Assembly: GCA_011835815.1 (NCBI GenBank)
Contig: GCA_011835815.1_3615.1
Origin: a phage
Length of the DNA stretch: 64,000 bases
Direction: 5' to 3' (one strand)
The translations under genes were made by a program, and so were the position numbers. Below are positions 1 to 8,759 of the stretch, in pieces. Position 1 is the stretch's first letter; each line of letters opens with the position of its first letter. The notes below the pieces were generated by a model. It was given only the letters and a program-made list of their open reading frames with translations. It was not told where the DNA came from and did no database searches.

Positions 1-13
1 AGGAGAAAATATC

Positions 14-637
14 ATGACCACCGTTAACATTACCACAGGTTACAATTTATCTTTCGACGTGCTGACCGACGAACAAAAAGAAAAAGCCATTGAAATGGTA
101 CGCGAAAGAGAAGAACACAGCGGGGATAACTTTTTTGCAGAAAGTGTAATTGAGTACTATAAAGAATATGTTTTTCCAGAGTATGGCCTTGAAGATACCG
201 AAGTACATTGGTCCGGCTTTTGGTGTCAAGGCGACGGCGCATCAATTAGCGCTGAAAATGTAAACTTAGAAAAATTCTTGCGTAAGGTTAAAGCGCTTAC
301 AAAATTCCGCTTAATTAGACACTTGTTCGGCACAATGCATGATGGCGAACTGTCAGCCAGCGTTGAGCGTATCCCGTTTAGCCATTATCATCACGAAAAC
401 ACAATAGGCGGGTGCATCGATACCAATTGGCTAGACCTGACCACCAAGCAAGAGGATAAAGTTGAAGAGCTGGAAGAGCTGATCACCGAGACGGTACGGG
501 AGTTATCCCGCAAGGTTTACGTAGACCTGGAGCAAGCCTATCTTGAACAATTCACCACCGAAAACCTGATCGGCCTTATCGAAGCCAATGATTGGCGGTT
601 TGATGTGGATGAATATGGCGAGATGACTTTTTCATAA
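14..637 (+). CDS. hypothetical early protein
   Basis: 207-aa ORF; ATG with AGGAG SD upstream; no domain recognised. Confidence 0.6.
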   Translation: MTTVNITTGYNLSFDVLTDEQKEKAIEMVREREEHSGDNFFAESVIEYYKEYVFPEYGLEDTEVHWSGFWCQGDGASISAENVNLEKFLRKVKALTKFRLIRHLFGTMHDGELSASVERIPFSHYHHENTIGGCIDTNWLDLTTKQEDKVEELEELITETVRELSRKVYVDLEQAYLEQFTTENLIGLIEANDWRFDVDEYGEMTFS

Positions 638-726
638 ATAAAGTGTTGCAATAACCTAAAAACCTGCTATATTAAAACTCAAGGGGGCAAGACGTTTGCC
701 CCACACAAAACAAAGAGGAAAACATC

Positions 727-1107
727 ATGAAAAACACTACTAAAGCTATTGACACCGTTATGTTTAACCTGGTTACATTCCGTGAAGATATGAAAGATCT
801 TCCACGTGAAACAGTGTGCGACCATATCGAAAACTATCGCAAACTAATCAAAGAGTTGCCTTTAAAACGTGACCAGTATGCGGCTAACGCTATGCTCAAC
901 GCCATGATCAAAAAGATGATCCAGTGTGATTTAACTCTGGCCTACGATTATGCAGGTGGTCGTTTTGCAGTATACAATCAGCCCGTGCCTGGTATGGGCA
1001 CCACCGAAGAATTGCACGCGCTCAATCTAAAACAAGACGTGTGGGATAGTATGCCCCGCGTGGTGGTATGGGCAGAAAGCGGAAAGATTTACGGCGATAA
1101 TTTTTAA
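727..1107 (+). CDS. hypothetical early protein
   Basis: 126-aa ORF with AGAGGA SD; followed by hairpin terminator. Confidence 0.6.
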   Translation: MKNTTKAIDTVMFNLVTFREDMKDLPRETVCDHIENYRKLIKELPLKRDQYAANAMLNAMIKKMIQCDLTLAYDYAGGRFAVYNQPVPGMGTTEELHALNLKQDVWDSMPRVVVWAESGKIYGDNF

Positions 1108-1118
1108 TCAGGTAACAG

Positions 1119-1144
1119 GCGGCATATTTGCCGCCTTATTGTTA
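1119..1144 (+). terminator. rho-independent terminator
   Basis: GGCGGCA-TATTT-GCCGCC hairpin followed by T-rich run. Confidence 0.6.
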
Positions 1145-1171
1145 AACAGAACTGCAAAAGAGGTACATAGA

Positions 1172-1543
1172 ATGGAATTTATTATTTTGGCTGTATTGGT
1201 TTCCTTGTTTAACGCCTGGATCGCTGGCAAGATTGGCAGATCCGCCTTTTTATGGTTTATTATATCTATTTTCCTGGGGGTGGTTGCAACTATTGTATTG
1301 GTTATCCTTGCAATTGTTGACAAGGGGAATAATAGAAAGGGTAAAGTATTTTCAGACCTGTACGACGCTCAAACGTTTGTCAACGCCTATTATAGTGATC
1401 TTCCAGTCTCCCTACGCTGCAGCCTGGCACAACAGGTTTTTGATGAGGCTAAAACCAGAGATCAAGCCCATGAGATATGTTTAACTGAGGCGGATCGCCT
1501 ATTTGAGAGGAATAGAAAATATGTGGGCCAACCGTTTAAATAA
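1172..1543 (+). CDS. small membrane protein
   Basis: In-frame ATG at 1172 with AAGAGG SD (track ORF starts 1139); two hydrophobic segments. Confidence 0.55.
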   Translation: MEFIILAVLVSLFNAWIAGKIGRSAFLWFIISIFLGVVATIVLVILAIVDKGNNRKGKVFSDLYDAQTFVNAYYSDLPVSLRCSLAQQVFDEAKTRDQAHEICLTEADRLFERNRKYVGQPFK

Positions 1544-1926
1544 TGCCACGTTAATTAATCCCTTTAGTGAAGATTTGAAGCCAGCCGCCTGGCGTGACGG
1601 ATTCAATAACGAACGCTTTATTTTCAGGCCTGATCTTGAGGAATTTTATAACAATGGATCGAACAACAGCGGAGATAATTTTTCTTGTGGTGTGTGTCGT
1701 GATAGGACTCCTGGGGGCCATTGTAGATCGCGTCACTACTACCCGGAGGAAAGGGGGAGACGATGACAACCAAGGATAAGCCATGCGCTGATAAGGTGCG
1801 CCGTGTTATGGTATGGCTTGAGATTATCGCCCTTGAAATATTGTTAGGCGTAGGGATGTACTTTATCGCTGTAAGTAACTAAGAGCGGCCCCCGATCATG
1901 GGGGCCTATCTTTTAAAAAATTTTTC

Positions 1927-1955
1927 TTCCGGGGTGTTGCAATCCGGTCCGGAAT
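1927..1955 (+). promoter_or_regulatory. sigma70-like promoter
   Basis: TTGCAA-N17-ATAATA. Confidence 0.5.
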
Positions 1956-2021
1956 GTGGATAATAACAATCAACGGGGAGCTAATCCCCACCACCACAAA
2001 AAACCAGAAAGGAGAAACAAA

Positions 2022-2222
2022 ATGAGCAACAATATCCGCGTTATTAACTTCAAAAAAGAAGAAAAAATTGCCGTGCTGATTGACGGTCAAGAAATCTTCA
2101 AGGGCGACTATGAAGATCATCAAACGGCGATTAGTATCACTCGCGTGATTGGTTATCATAATTTCTACCCCCAAGGCGCTGAGGCAGCAGTTAAACGAAT
2201 CAAAGAGATTGTAGGCCTGTAA
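2022..2222 (+). CDS. hypothetical early protein
   Basis: ATG at 2022 with AGGAG SD, downstream of TTGCAA-N17-ATAATA promoter; 66 aa. Confidence 0.55.
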   Translation: MSNNIRVINFKKEEKIAVLIDGQEIFKGDYEDHQTAISITRVIGYHNFYPQGAEAAVKRIKEIVGL

Positions 2223-2316
2223 AATTTATTTTTTAGATGGCCTTGACTTCAGGGCCATCGATAAAGTAAATTTAAACCCTGTTAAAATACCACGCAGTTA
2301 ACAAGGAGTGATAGAC

Positions 2317-2616
2317 ATGTTTATCCAGGCTAATAATCTTTATTTCTTTGATGGTCAGATCGTAGATGGTGTGGAAGTGGAGATCACCGGGTGCCCTGGC
2401 GGTCAGGCTATGACTTTTCGGAATAATGCCTTTGATGATTCTCATATCGTTATGAGAATGGAAGTTACGAAGCTGGACGACAAGAAAACACTTATTGACT
2501 ATTCTGTGAAAGATCATCCAGACTACCGCATGATCCATGGTGATTTGTGCATTGTTGACCGTGACAAGGTGGGCGGCATTGTGATCGCTATTGTGAACGA
2601 TGTTTTCTCAAACTAA
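2317..2616 (+). CDS. hypothetical early protein
   Basis: ATG at 2317 with AAGGAG SD (track ORF starts at GTG 2308). Confidence 0.55.
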   Translation: MFIQANNLYFFDGQIVDGVEVEITGCPGGQAMTFRNNAFDDSHIVMRMEVTKLDDKKTLIDYSVKDHPDYRMIHGDLCIVDRDKVGGIVIAIVNDVFSN

Positions 2617-2633
2617 TTTCAGCAGGCGATTTT

Positions 2634-2984
2634 ATGAAAGTCAAACTATATTACCTTAATGAGCTTAACCCCCTTGCCCAGGTCCGCGCCCTAGCTAATA
2701 CCTTGATTTGTGAGAAATCTGTATATTGTGTTGAGCTTAACGCCATGCGTGAACGTCTCAAAGGTGGTTACTTTGACATCCATGCTGCAATCAACGGCCT
2801 GAATATGGAATTTATACGCTTACGTAACAGCCGCCGGAATCTGGCAAGAATGGAACAAGATCCGGCCCACCTTCGTAAGCTGGTTATTGAAAATCATCTG
2901 ATGTTTAATGCCGAGGGTGATTATTACCATTTTCACCGCAAACGCTGGTACCGTGGCGGCAATACAGGTAAGAATGCAAAATAA
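2634..2984 (+). CDS. hypothetical early protein
   Basis: 116-aa ORF followed by strong hairpin terminator. Confidence 0.5.
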   Translation: MKVKLYYLNELNPLAQVRALANTLICEKSVYCVELNAMRERLKGGYFDIHAAINGLNMEFIRLRNSRRNLARMEQDPAHLRKLVIENHLMFNAEGDYYHFHRKRWYRGGNTGKNAK

Positions 2985-3020
2985 GGCCCCTAGCAGGGCC
3001 TGCAGCAATATAATCACATA

Positions 3021-3055
3021 AAGGCCATGCAACCGCATGGCCTTTATTATTTTGG
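3021..3055 (+). terminator. rho-independent terminator
   Basis: AAGGCCATGC-AACC-GCATGGCCTT hairpin then TTATTATTTT. Confidence 0.65.
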
Positions 3056-3101
3056 CGTTACAACGGCATACGGGGCGCTTAAAAAATTTTTAAAGAAGTA
3101 C

Positions 3102-3130
3102 TTGCATCATTCCCGACAATATGGATAATA
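3102..3130 (+). promoter_or_regulatory. sigma70-like promoter
   Basis: TTGCAT-N17-ATAATA. Confidence 0.5.
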
Positions 3131-3186
3131 AGAGTTGTCGAGGGGGAGGCCCCCAATCGTTGACCAGATAGATAGGAGTTAAAATC

Positions 3187-3471
3187 ATGGCTATTGTTAC
3201 CGCTGGCGATGTAGTAGAAATGGAAGCAAAATACTTAAAAGCGGGTATGCACATCCTACGGAATGATCAAGAGTTATTATTAACGATGGTTGACTATAAT
3301 CACGGCCAGGATTATCCAAGCATCGACTACTTTTTTGAGTATGTTGATGAAGAGTTGAAAGAGGATGAGGCCTATTGCGGTGAGTTCTGCAACTTCTTTT
3401 GTCCTGATGAGGTTGTAAAGGTTATTTATCAACCTGGCGTAGCTTTCCCGCTGCACGCTATCAATAAATAA
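3187..3471 (+). CDS. hypothetical early protein
   Basis: 94-aa acidic ORF with AGGAG SD, promoter upstream, hairpin downstream. Confidence 0.55.
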   Translation: MAIVTAGDVVEMEAKYLKAGMHILRNDQELLLTMVDYNHGQDYPSIDYFFEYVDEELKEDEAYCGEFCNFFCPDEVVKVIYQPGVAFPLHAINK

Positions 3472-3526
3472 ACCTGGCGGGGCCGAAAAGGCCCCCAATT
3501 ATGAAAATAAAGAGAGGCAAATCATC

Positions 3527-3760
3527 ATGATGGAACAAATTAAACGCGCCGAGGCTATTAATGGCAACGTGATCTATTTTGTCAGCAAAAACGAAAAAGG
3601 CGTACCATATGCGGCAGTAATAGTACAACCTGACGGCGATTATTGGTTTACTGTGTACGGCGCTTATTCTTTTGGGCGTCCAGTGCATGATAAAATTTTG
3701 AAAGTAGCGAACCCTACCGGGAAGAATATCACAGCAGAAAAATTTTTTGAAAATAGTTGA
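3527..3760 (+). CDS. hypothetical early protein
   Basis: 77-aa ORF with AGAGAGG SD. Confidence 0.5.
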   Translation: MMEQIKRAEAINGNVIYFVSKNEKGVPYAAVIVQPDGDYWFTVYGAYSFGRPVHDKILKVANPTGKNITAEKFFENS

Positions 3761-3788
3761 CATGACCATATAAGACTGTAATATATAA
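3757..3788 (+). promoter_or_regulatory. sigma70-like promoter
   Basis: TTGACA-N17 then AT-rich -10 (AATATATAA). Confidence 0.5.
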
Positions 3789-3835
3789 ATCAAAGGGGGC
3801 AACGAACCCCACCAACTACAAAGAGGATAAAAATC

Positions 3836-4015
3836 ATGGCTATTATTGCAAAGACTGAGATCGTAGGCTTAGATTCTATTCTCCTCGCATATGAGGAAGC
3901 TATAGAAATGTATGTGGTTTCCTATGGTGAGTATATCCGTGAATATAAATCTATTGATCTGGCTTTTGAATGTTATATCCGCCAGGTTAATAAAGCGTAC
4001 GATGATTATCGTTAA
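3836..4015 (+). CDS. hypothetical small protein (59 aa, below ORF-track cutoff)
   Basis: ATG with AGAGGA SD downstream of a TTGACA promoter; translated by hand, in-frame stop at 4013. Confidence 0.45.
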   Translation: MAIIAKTEIVGLDSILLAYEEAIEMYVVSYGEYIREYKSIDLAFECYIRQVNKAYDDYR

Positions 4016-4021
4016 AATAGT

Positions 4022-4050
4022 TTGACAACAGCCATCTTACAAAGCATAAT
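4022..4050 (+). promoter_or_regulatory. sigma70-like promoter
   Basis: TTGACA-N17-CATAAT. Confidence 0.45.
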
Positions 4051-4102
4051 ACATAAGGCGGTGGAATGGTCCGCCACCTGGAACAAAGAAGAGGTAAACA
4101 CC

Positions 4103-4348
4103 ATGAAAAGCAATAAAGGTTATAACGGTTACAAAAACAAAACTCATTGGAATGTAAGCCTTTGGATTAATAACGATGAGTCATTGTACCGGTTGGCCCA
4201 AGGCTTTATTAACGCCAATGCTAATCGTAATGATGCGGCGCGGGATATGATGCTTTTTCTGGAGCTAACCGGACAAGATAAGACCCCGGACGGCTTCAAG
4301 TACAGCACTACGGCGATCCGTGCCGCGATGGTTGGAATGAAACACTAA
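4103..4348 (+). CDS. hypothetical early protein
   Basis: ATG at 4103 with GAGGT SD (track ORF starts at TTG 4022). Confidence 0.5.
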   Translation: MKSNKGYNGYKNKTHWNVSLWINNDESLYRLAQGFINANANRNDAARDMMLFLELTGQDKTPDGFKYSTTAIRAAMVGMKH

Positions 4349-4425
4349 AAGCACATAGCTGCCTTACCCTGGGGCTGTGGTAGCGGCCCCATGAATAAGG
4401 TTACTAACAGAAGAGAATAAACACC

Positions 4426-4530
4426 ATGAAACAGAAATTAATCGATGCAGTGATCTTGGTTATTGCCCTGGGTATTGGCCTGATTGCAACCATGTCTAAT
4501 ATGATCTTGTCTTCCAACGGTATCGGGTGA
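4426..4530 (+). CDS. small hydrophobic peptide (34 aa)
   Basis: ATG with GAGAA SD; single predicted TM helix; hand-translated. Confidence 0.35.
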   Translation: MKQKLIDAVILVIALGIGLIATMSNMILSSNGIG

Positions 4531-4539
4531 GGTTGGCAA

Positions 4540-4755
4540 ATGATCACTAACAAAACAGGCAAAACGGAATTTTTACGCAACTTACAGATCGGCAAGCCTG
4601 AGATCTGGTACTGCACTAAAACACCGCGTGACGAAATGAAAGACTTCACCGCCACGCTGCAACGGGTAAAGATATCTATCACGCAGAAAAAGGCCTTACT
4701 AGTGGTGGAAGGGGAGATCCCCCAAACCGTTGTTATAGTTGAGCGTACAGCATAG
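4540..4755 (+). CDS. hypothetical early protein
   Basis: 71-aa ORF directly after the small peptide. Confidence 0.4.
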   Translation: MITNKTGKTEFLRNLQIGKPEIWYCTKTPRDEMKDFTATLQRVKISITQKKALLVVEGEIPQTVVIVERTA

Positions 4756-4846
4756 TTTAATTTATACAGATACCTGAAAATTAACCAACAAAGCATAAAC
4801 AGGCGGTTACCGCCGCCTTAAACGTAGCAGAAAGAGGATAGACACA

Positions 4847-5131
4847 ATGAAAAAGATGATCGCAGTGGTTACCCTGGTTGTTGGACTTAATGCGCCTGTA
4901 ATGGCTAAAGAGCTGGCAAAAGAGGTTAATCTAACGGATATTCATGCCGTCAATCAAATCGGGGGTACTTATCGCTTATGCCTTGCCGCTAAAACTTTTA
5001 AGGACGGCACAACAGAGTACTACGGATTCGAGGGTATCCGGTGCGGTGAGCTTGCTCGCGACCTTAAGGAAGATCCAGACCTGGAGGATCTGCCCATAAC
5101 CGTGAACGGGAAAACTTACGTGAACCGTTAA
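4847..5131 (+). CDS. secreted small protein (signal peptide)
   Basis: N-terminal MKKMIAVVTLVVGLNAPVMA is signal-peptide-like; AGAGGA SD. Confidence 0.55.
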   Translation: MKKMIAVVTLVVGLNAPVMAKELAKEVNLTDIHAVNQIGGTYRLCLAAKTFKDGTTEYYGFEGIRCGELARDLKEDPDLEDLPITVNGKTYVNR

Positions 5132-5133
5132 CC

Positions 5134-5268
5134 ATGAGAAAGATAATTATTACCATGGGGATCGTGGCGGCAATGTTGGCGATCTTTCCCTTTATGGTTA
5201 GGTATGTGCTGATTAATGTTGTCCTGGTAGTCAGCGATCTGGTGTTATATATTAACTCATTGTTTTAG
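5134..5268 (+). CDS. small hydrophobic peptide (44 aa)
   Basis: ATG 2 nt after preceding stop; hydrophobic throughout; hand-translated. Confidence 0.3.
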   Translation: MRKIIITMGIVAAMLAIFPFMVRYVLINVVLVVSDLVLYINSLF

Positions 5269-5276
5269 GCGCGATA

Positions 5277-5468
5277 ATGACAGCGGAAGAAGTTAAAAAA
5301 GTACTGGCGGTACTGCGTTATCATAATCATTGCAAGGTGAAGAATGATCCTGATTATCTTGATTCATCCCTTGAAGAGGATACACTACAAGCCATAAGCA
5401 ACATGCAAGAATTGCTTAAGCGTATGACAGAGAAAAACCGACCGGACTACATAGGGGGTAAAATATGA
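5277..5468 (+). CDS. hypothetical early protein
   Basis: 63-aa ORF; stop overlaps next start (ATGA). Confidence 0.45.
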   Translation: MTAEEVKKVLAVLRYHNHCKVKNDPDYLDSSLEEDTLQAISNMQELLKRMTEKNRPDYIGGKI

Positions 5469-5776
5469 TCGCTATTACGCCAACCGTTTTAGATTGGTAT
5501 CGGCAACGCATAGCGCCTCCGCTGGCTATCTTCAAAGATGCGGAAGCAAAACAACGCCGGATCTCAATACATGAGATCATCAACCTTAACGCTGGAGGCA
5601 CACCATACCGCCCAGGACCTGGCCGTGAGATGGACAATACATTGGCGATCCTGAAGATACGCCGTAAACGGTCCTCCCTTACGCTGGATTCATTACACAC
5701 AATGCAGTCTCCGTTCCAGGTGACTGGGAAACGGATCGCCAGGTCCTGGACAAAGGCCAATGACCGGACCGTATAA
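5465..5776 (+). CDS. hypothetical early protein
   Basis: 103-aa basic ORF, translationally coupled to upstream ORF. Confidence 0.45.
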   Translation: MIAITPTVLDWYRQRIAPPLAIFKDAEAKQRRISIHEIINLNAGGTPYRPGPGREMDNTLAILKIRRKRSSLTLDSLHTMQSPFQVTGKRIARSWTKANDRTV

Positions 5777-5911
5777 ATAAAAAGTGTTTTGGTACTGATT
5801 TTGGGGTTGACTTGTTCGGCCCCTTTTGCTATTCTTATTAAACGGGCGGCACTTGGGAACAGGGGGAGACAATCACCAGGCCTGCCTGTCATATAAGAAC
5901 TATAAAAACCG

Positions 5912-5940
5912 TTGACATCTGCCGGGGGGTGGGGTAACAT
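5912..5940 (+). promoter_or_regulatory. sigma70-like promoter
   Basis: TTGACA-N17-TAACAT. Confidence 0.5.
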
Positions 5941-5994
5941 TTATCTTGAAGGGGCAAAGGTGCCCACACAACAACCAGAAGAGAGGAAAACACT

Positions 5995-6267
5995 ATGTCA
6001 GGCTGGATTAATCAAGAAGTCGAATCACGTTTTAATGCTATTTGGGATCTCATCGAAAAAGAAGACGGCACATCAAGCCCCTACCTCAACAATTTGGAAT
6101 TCCATTTTGTGGAAGCGATGAACGCAGAACATGATCACGAAGGTGGTGCGGACGAGTTCGCTAAAGGGTATGGCTTCAACAATGCCAACGAAATGATCGA
6201 GGCGGTTGTACTCCAGGCTGAGGAAGATTATCAATTAAAAACGCTTGAATTCTGCCGCCGTAAGTAA
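5995..6267 (+). CDS. hypothetical early protein
   Basis: 90-aa acidic ORF; AGAGAGGA SD; TTGACA-N17-TAACAT promoter upstream. Confidence 0.55.
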   Translation: MSGWINQEVESRFNAIWDLIEKEDGTSSPYLNNLEFHFVEAMNAEHDHEGGADEFAKGYGFNNANEMIEAVVLQAEEDYQLKTLEFCRRK

Positions 6268-6327
6268 TAAGATAATGACACGGGCCGGGAGGCCCACTAA
6301 TCAGAACCACACAAAGAGGTAAACATC

Positions 6328-6591
6328 ATGAAACGTCTTGATCAGCTTAAACTAGTTCAGTACATGGCCTACAAAGTTCTTGAAGTCCAAAAAGGTAGCA
6401 AAAAAGAGGTTTGCGAGAAAGCATATAAGATCTTTACCCGTAAAAAAGATGATTGGATGTTACGCCAGACCAAAAAAGCCGATATCCTGGGATATCTGGA
6501 AGAAGAGATCCGACTTGAAGAACAAGAAGAGATCCGCCGTAGTGAGGCAGATTATCAGGCAGCTTGGGAAAACTGGATGAGCAACAAATAA
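6328..6591 (+). CDS. hypothetical early protein
   Basis: 87-aa charged ORF with AGAGG SD. Confidence 0.55.
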   Translation: MKRLDQLKLVQYMAYKVLEVQKGSKKEVCEKAYKIFTRKKDDWMLRQTKKADILGYLEEEIRLEEQEEIRRSEADYQAAWENWMSNK

Positions 6592-6657
6592 TACAACAAG
6601 TTACATGGTCAGGGGCAATAAAGCCCCTTGATCGCATAAAAATTATGCTATCCTTGG

Positions 6658-6686
6658 TTGACAAGGATCGGCAGTTTTGCTATATT
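6658..6686 (+). promoter_or_regulatory. sigma70-like promoter
   Basis: TTGACA-N17-TATATT. Confidence 0.55.
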
Positions 6687-6734
6687 CTTTTTGAAGGGAA
6701 GTTGTAAGAAAATTAACTAAGAGGTAAAAACACC

Positions 6735-7154
6735 ATGAACATTAAATCTAATAATCCGGCATATAGCTTTGATAACGCTTTTTGTCACGGTCCGGCGGCG
6801 AAAGGTTTTGAAATTGATGGTAAACTAATTATTGTCAATGTTGACGGGGAAGAGGTTGCAGTATATCCGGTGGCAGACGTAAAAAGCCGTTTGCAATGCC
6901 GCATGGATGTTACCGCCTATCAGCTTGATCCGGTCCGCATAGTTGCCCTGGTCCTGGAAGAAGAAATTAAAGCCATGCACCATAGCAACAGGTTTATTGG
7001 TGACGCACAGGATAATATGAAGGTATGCCGCCATAAAGTTAATGAAGTGCTTAAAGAATATGGCTTTAAAGATCTGATGATCAAACGTGAGGAAAAATTC
7101 CGCTACCGTAACGACCTGGCAAATCGAATCTATGAAATATACGAATCATTATAA
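6735..7154 (+). CDS. hypothetical early protein
   Basis: 139-aa ORF with AGAGG SD; promoter upstream, terminator downstream; last + strand gene before the gene desert. Confidence 0.55.
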   Translation: MNIKSNNPAYSFDNAFCHGPAAKGFEIDGKLIIVNVDGEEVAVYPVADVKSRLQCRMDVTAYQLDPVRIVALVLEEEIKAMHHSNRFIGDAQDNMKVCRHKVNEVLKEYGFKDLMIKREEKFRYRNDLANRIYEIYESL

Positions 7155-7172
7155 TTTCTTAACTAAACTATC

Positions 7173-7202
7173 AGGGGCTTTAAAAGGCCCCTTTCTTTTT
7201 GT
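7173..7202 (+). terminator. rho-independent terminator
   Basis: AGGGGCTTT-AA-AAGGCCCCT hairpin then T-run. Confidence 0.65.
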
Positions 7203-7810
7203 CTGTATTTCTCCTACCACAAACGGCCCAGCCTGGCAAGTGGAATAATTGACTAGCCATCAATCCCACACACTGTACAAACATACATGTAAAATAACTA
7301 TTGCATAATTTTTCATTGTGTGGTAGCAGGTCCATTTTTACCCGTTTTCTCTCTCAAAATTGCACGTAATGCCGCTATTGCACAAAATTTAACCTGATGC
7401 ACATCTTCAATATCTTGTCAACAACTAAAAATCTTTATAAGTCATACACTTACACACTCACAAAAGCGTGTTCTACGTGAAAAATCGAGTATAACTATAG
7501 CCGCCAGATCTCAGAATTTACGTACGCTCACCATTCTATAGTCTGCTAAGTATTTATTCCAACCATGGAATAACGGAATAGTCAATACCTGCATAAAATA
7601 ATTATTCGTGTAAACTGCATAACATAAATCAGCTTATGTGTCAACATTCTTGGTAAACAGTCCGAAATTGTAACGGTAAGTTATAATAAACAGAGAAATC
7701 TTTAGTCGTCTAATGTTTACTGTACATAACTATACTGACTGGAATCATTAGATGACTAAGAGAAAGATAAGAAATAATTAACAATACAATTATTTTATCT
7801 GTAACAATAA

Positions 7811-7984
7811 GGCAACTATGCAAACGAATGGCATGGCGCGACGGAGTCGCGACATAATATAAAAGCAGTAACCATCACCCCCGTGATAGTTTGTCTGCAA
7901 TCTATTAATCAGATCATAGTTGCCTTGTATTCAGTTAATCATGACATAATAAGCAAGGCAACTATAGATCTGCTAATAGTTGCC
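7811..7984. repeat. four copies of GGCAACTAT in alternating orientation, including a perfect 12-bp inverted repeat
   Basis: Copies near 7811(+), 7916(-), 7957(+), 7976(-); ATAGTTGCCTTG...CAAGGCAACTAT arms; also a 19-bp direct repeat TGCAAACGAATG(G/T)CATGGC at about 7819 and 8047. Confidence 0.6.
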
Positions 7985-8075
7985 CTGCTTTTATATTATG
8001 TCATATATTATTAACTTGTTAATTGTTAACTTGCTAATTGTTTTCATGCAAACGAATGTCATGGCTTATCCTATC

Positions 8076-8147
8076 TGTGTAAACAGTTAAGGTGTAAACT
8101 ATCCAGGCGTAAACAGTCTATGCGGGAACAATCTATACGTGAACAGT
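8076..8147. repeat. three copies of GT(A/G)AACAGT at roughly 31-bp spacing
   Basis: GTAAACAGT near 8076 and 8108, GTGAACAGT near 8139; a related GTAAACTA between. Confidence 0.45.
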
Positions 8148-8759
8148 GAAACATGAAATAATAACAGTCGTTATTGTGTCGAAAGTGTATAAGGTGTCAG
8201 ACAAGTTTTTCTCCTCTTTGTCAAGTGCTGCATGAAAAATTTACAATCTGGTATGGTAGCATTTTTGCGGCCCGGTTTACATTCAGTTGTGTATGTATAA
8301 CCCTTGTTGTGTGGGCGTTTAGACGTCTGGACGGTCAGAAGTCCGCAGGTTAATATCTAATCTATTGGCTGCTAACTATATCCCACACAAATAGTAAGAA
8401 ATATAATTGTTATGTGCGTAAACGGTAACTCATGTTATCAATCCCTGTATGTATCGCCAGTGGTGCGCATAATAGGTATTATGTTAAATTGCCAGTAATG
8501 ATAACTATTCTCACAATGATAGGTATTCTCATTCACTCCCACAAGATAGGTTGCAAATGTTGTGCCACTGTGTGAACGGCCTCACCTATTAATTTGCCTC
8601 ACTGCCTCGATATTTGAGAATTGTTATAAGAATGAGAAGTATTCCCATTTCGTCCGCCTGGCAGCACTCCAGTCGCTACCGGCTCCTGACAGGGAGGCAC
8701 TCCTGTTGGTCAGGTCAAAATCGGGGTAGAACTGGGCCTGTTCAGATATTTCTGGCTGA

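Noticed and set aside
7811-8147. Possible CRISPR array among the repeats of the gene desert
   Set aside because: Repeats are short (9-19 bp), of several unrelated families, in mixed orientation and irregularly spaced; no uniform repeat-spacer periodicity and no cas genes.
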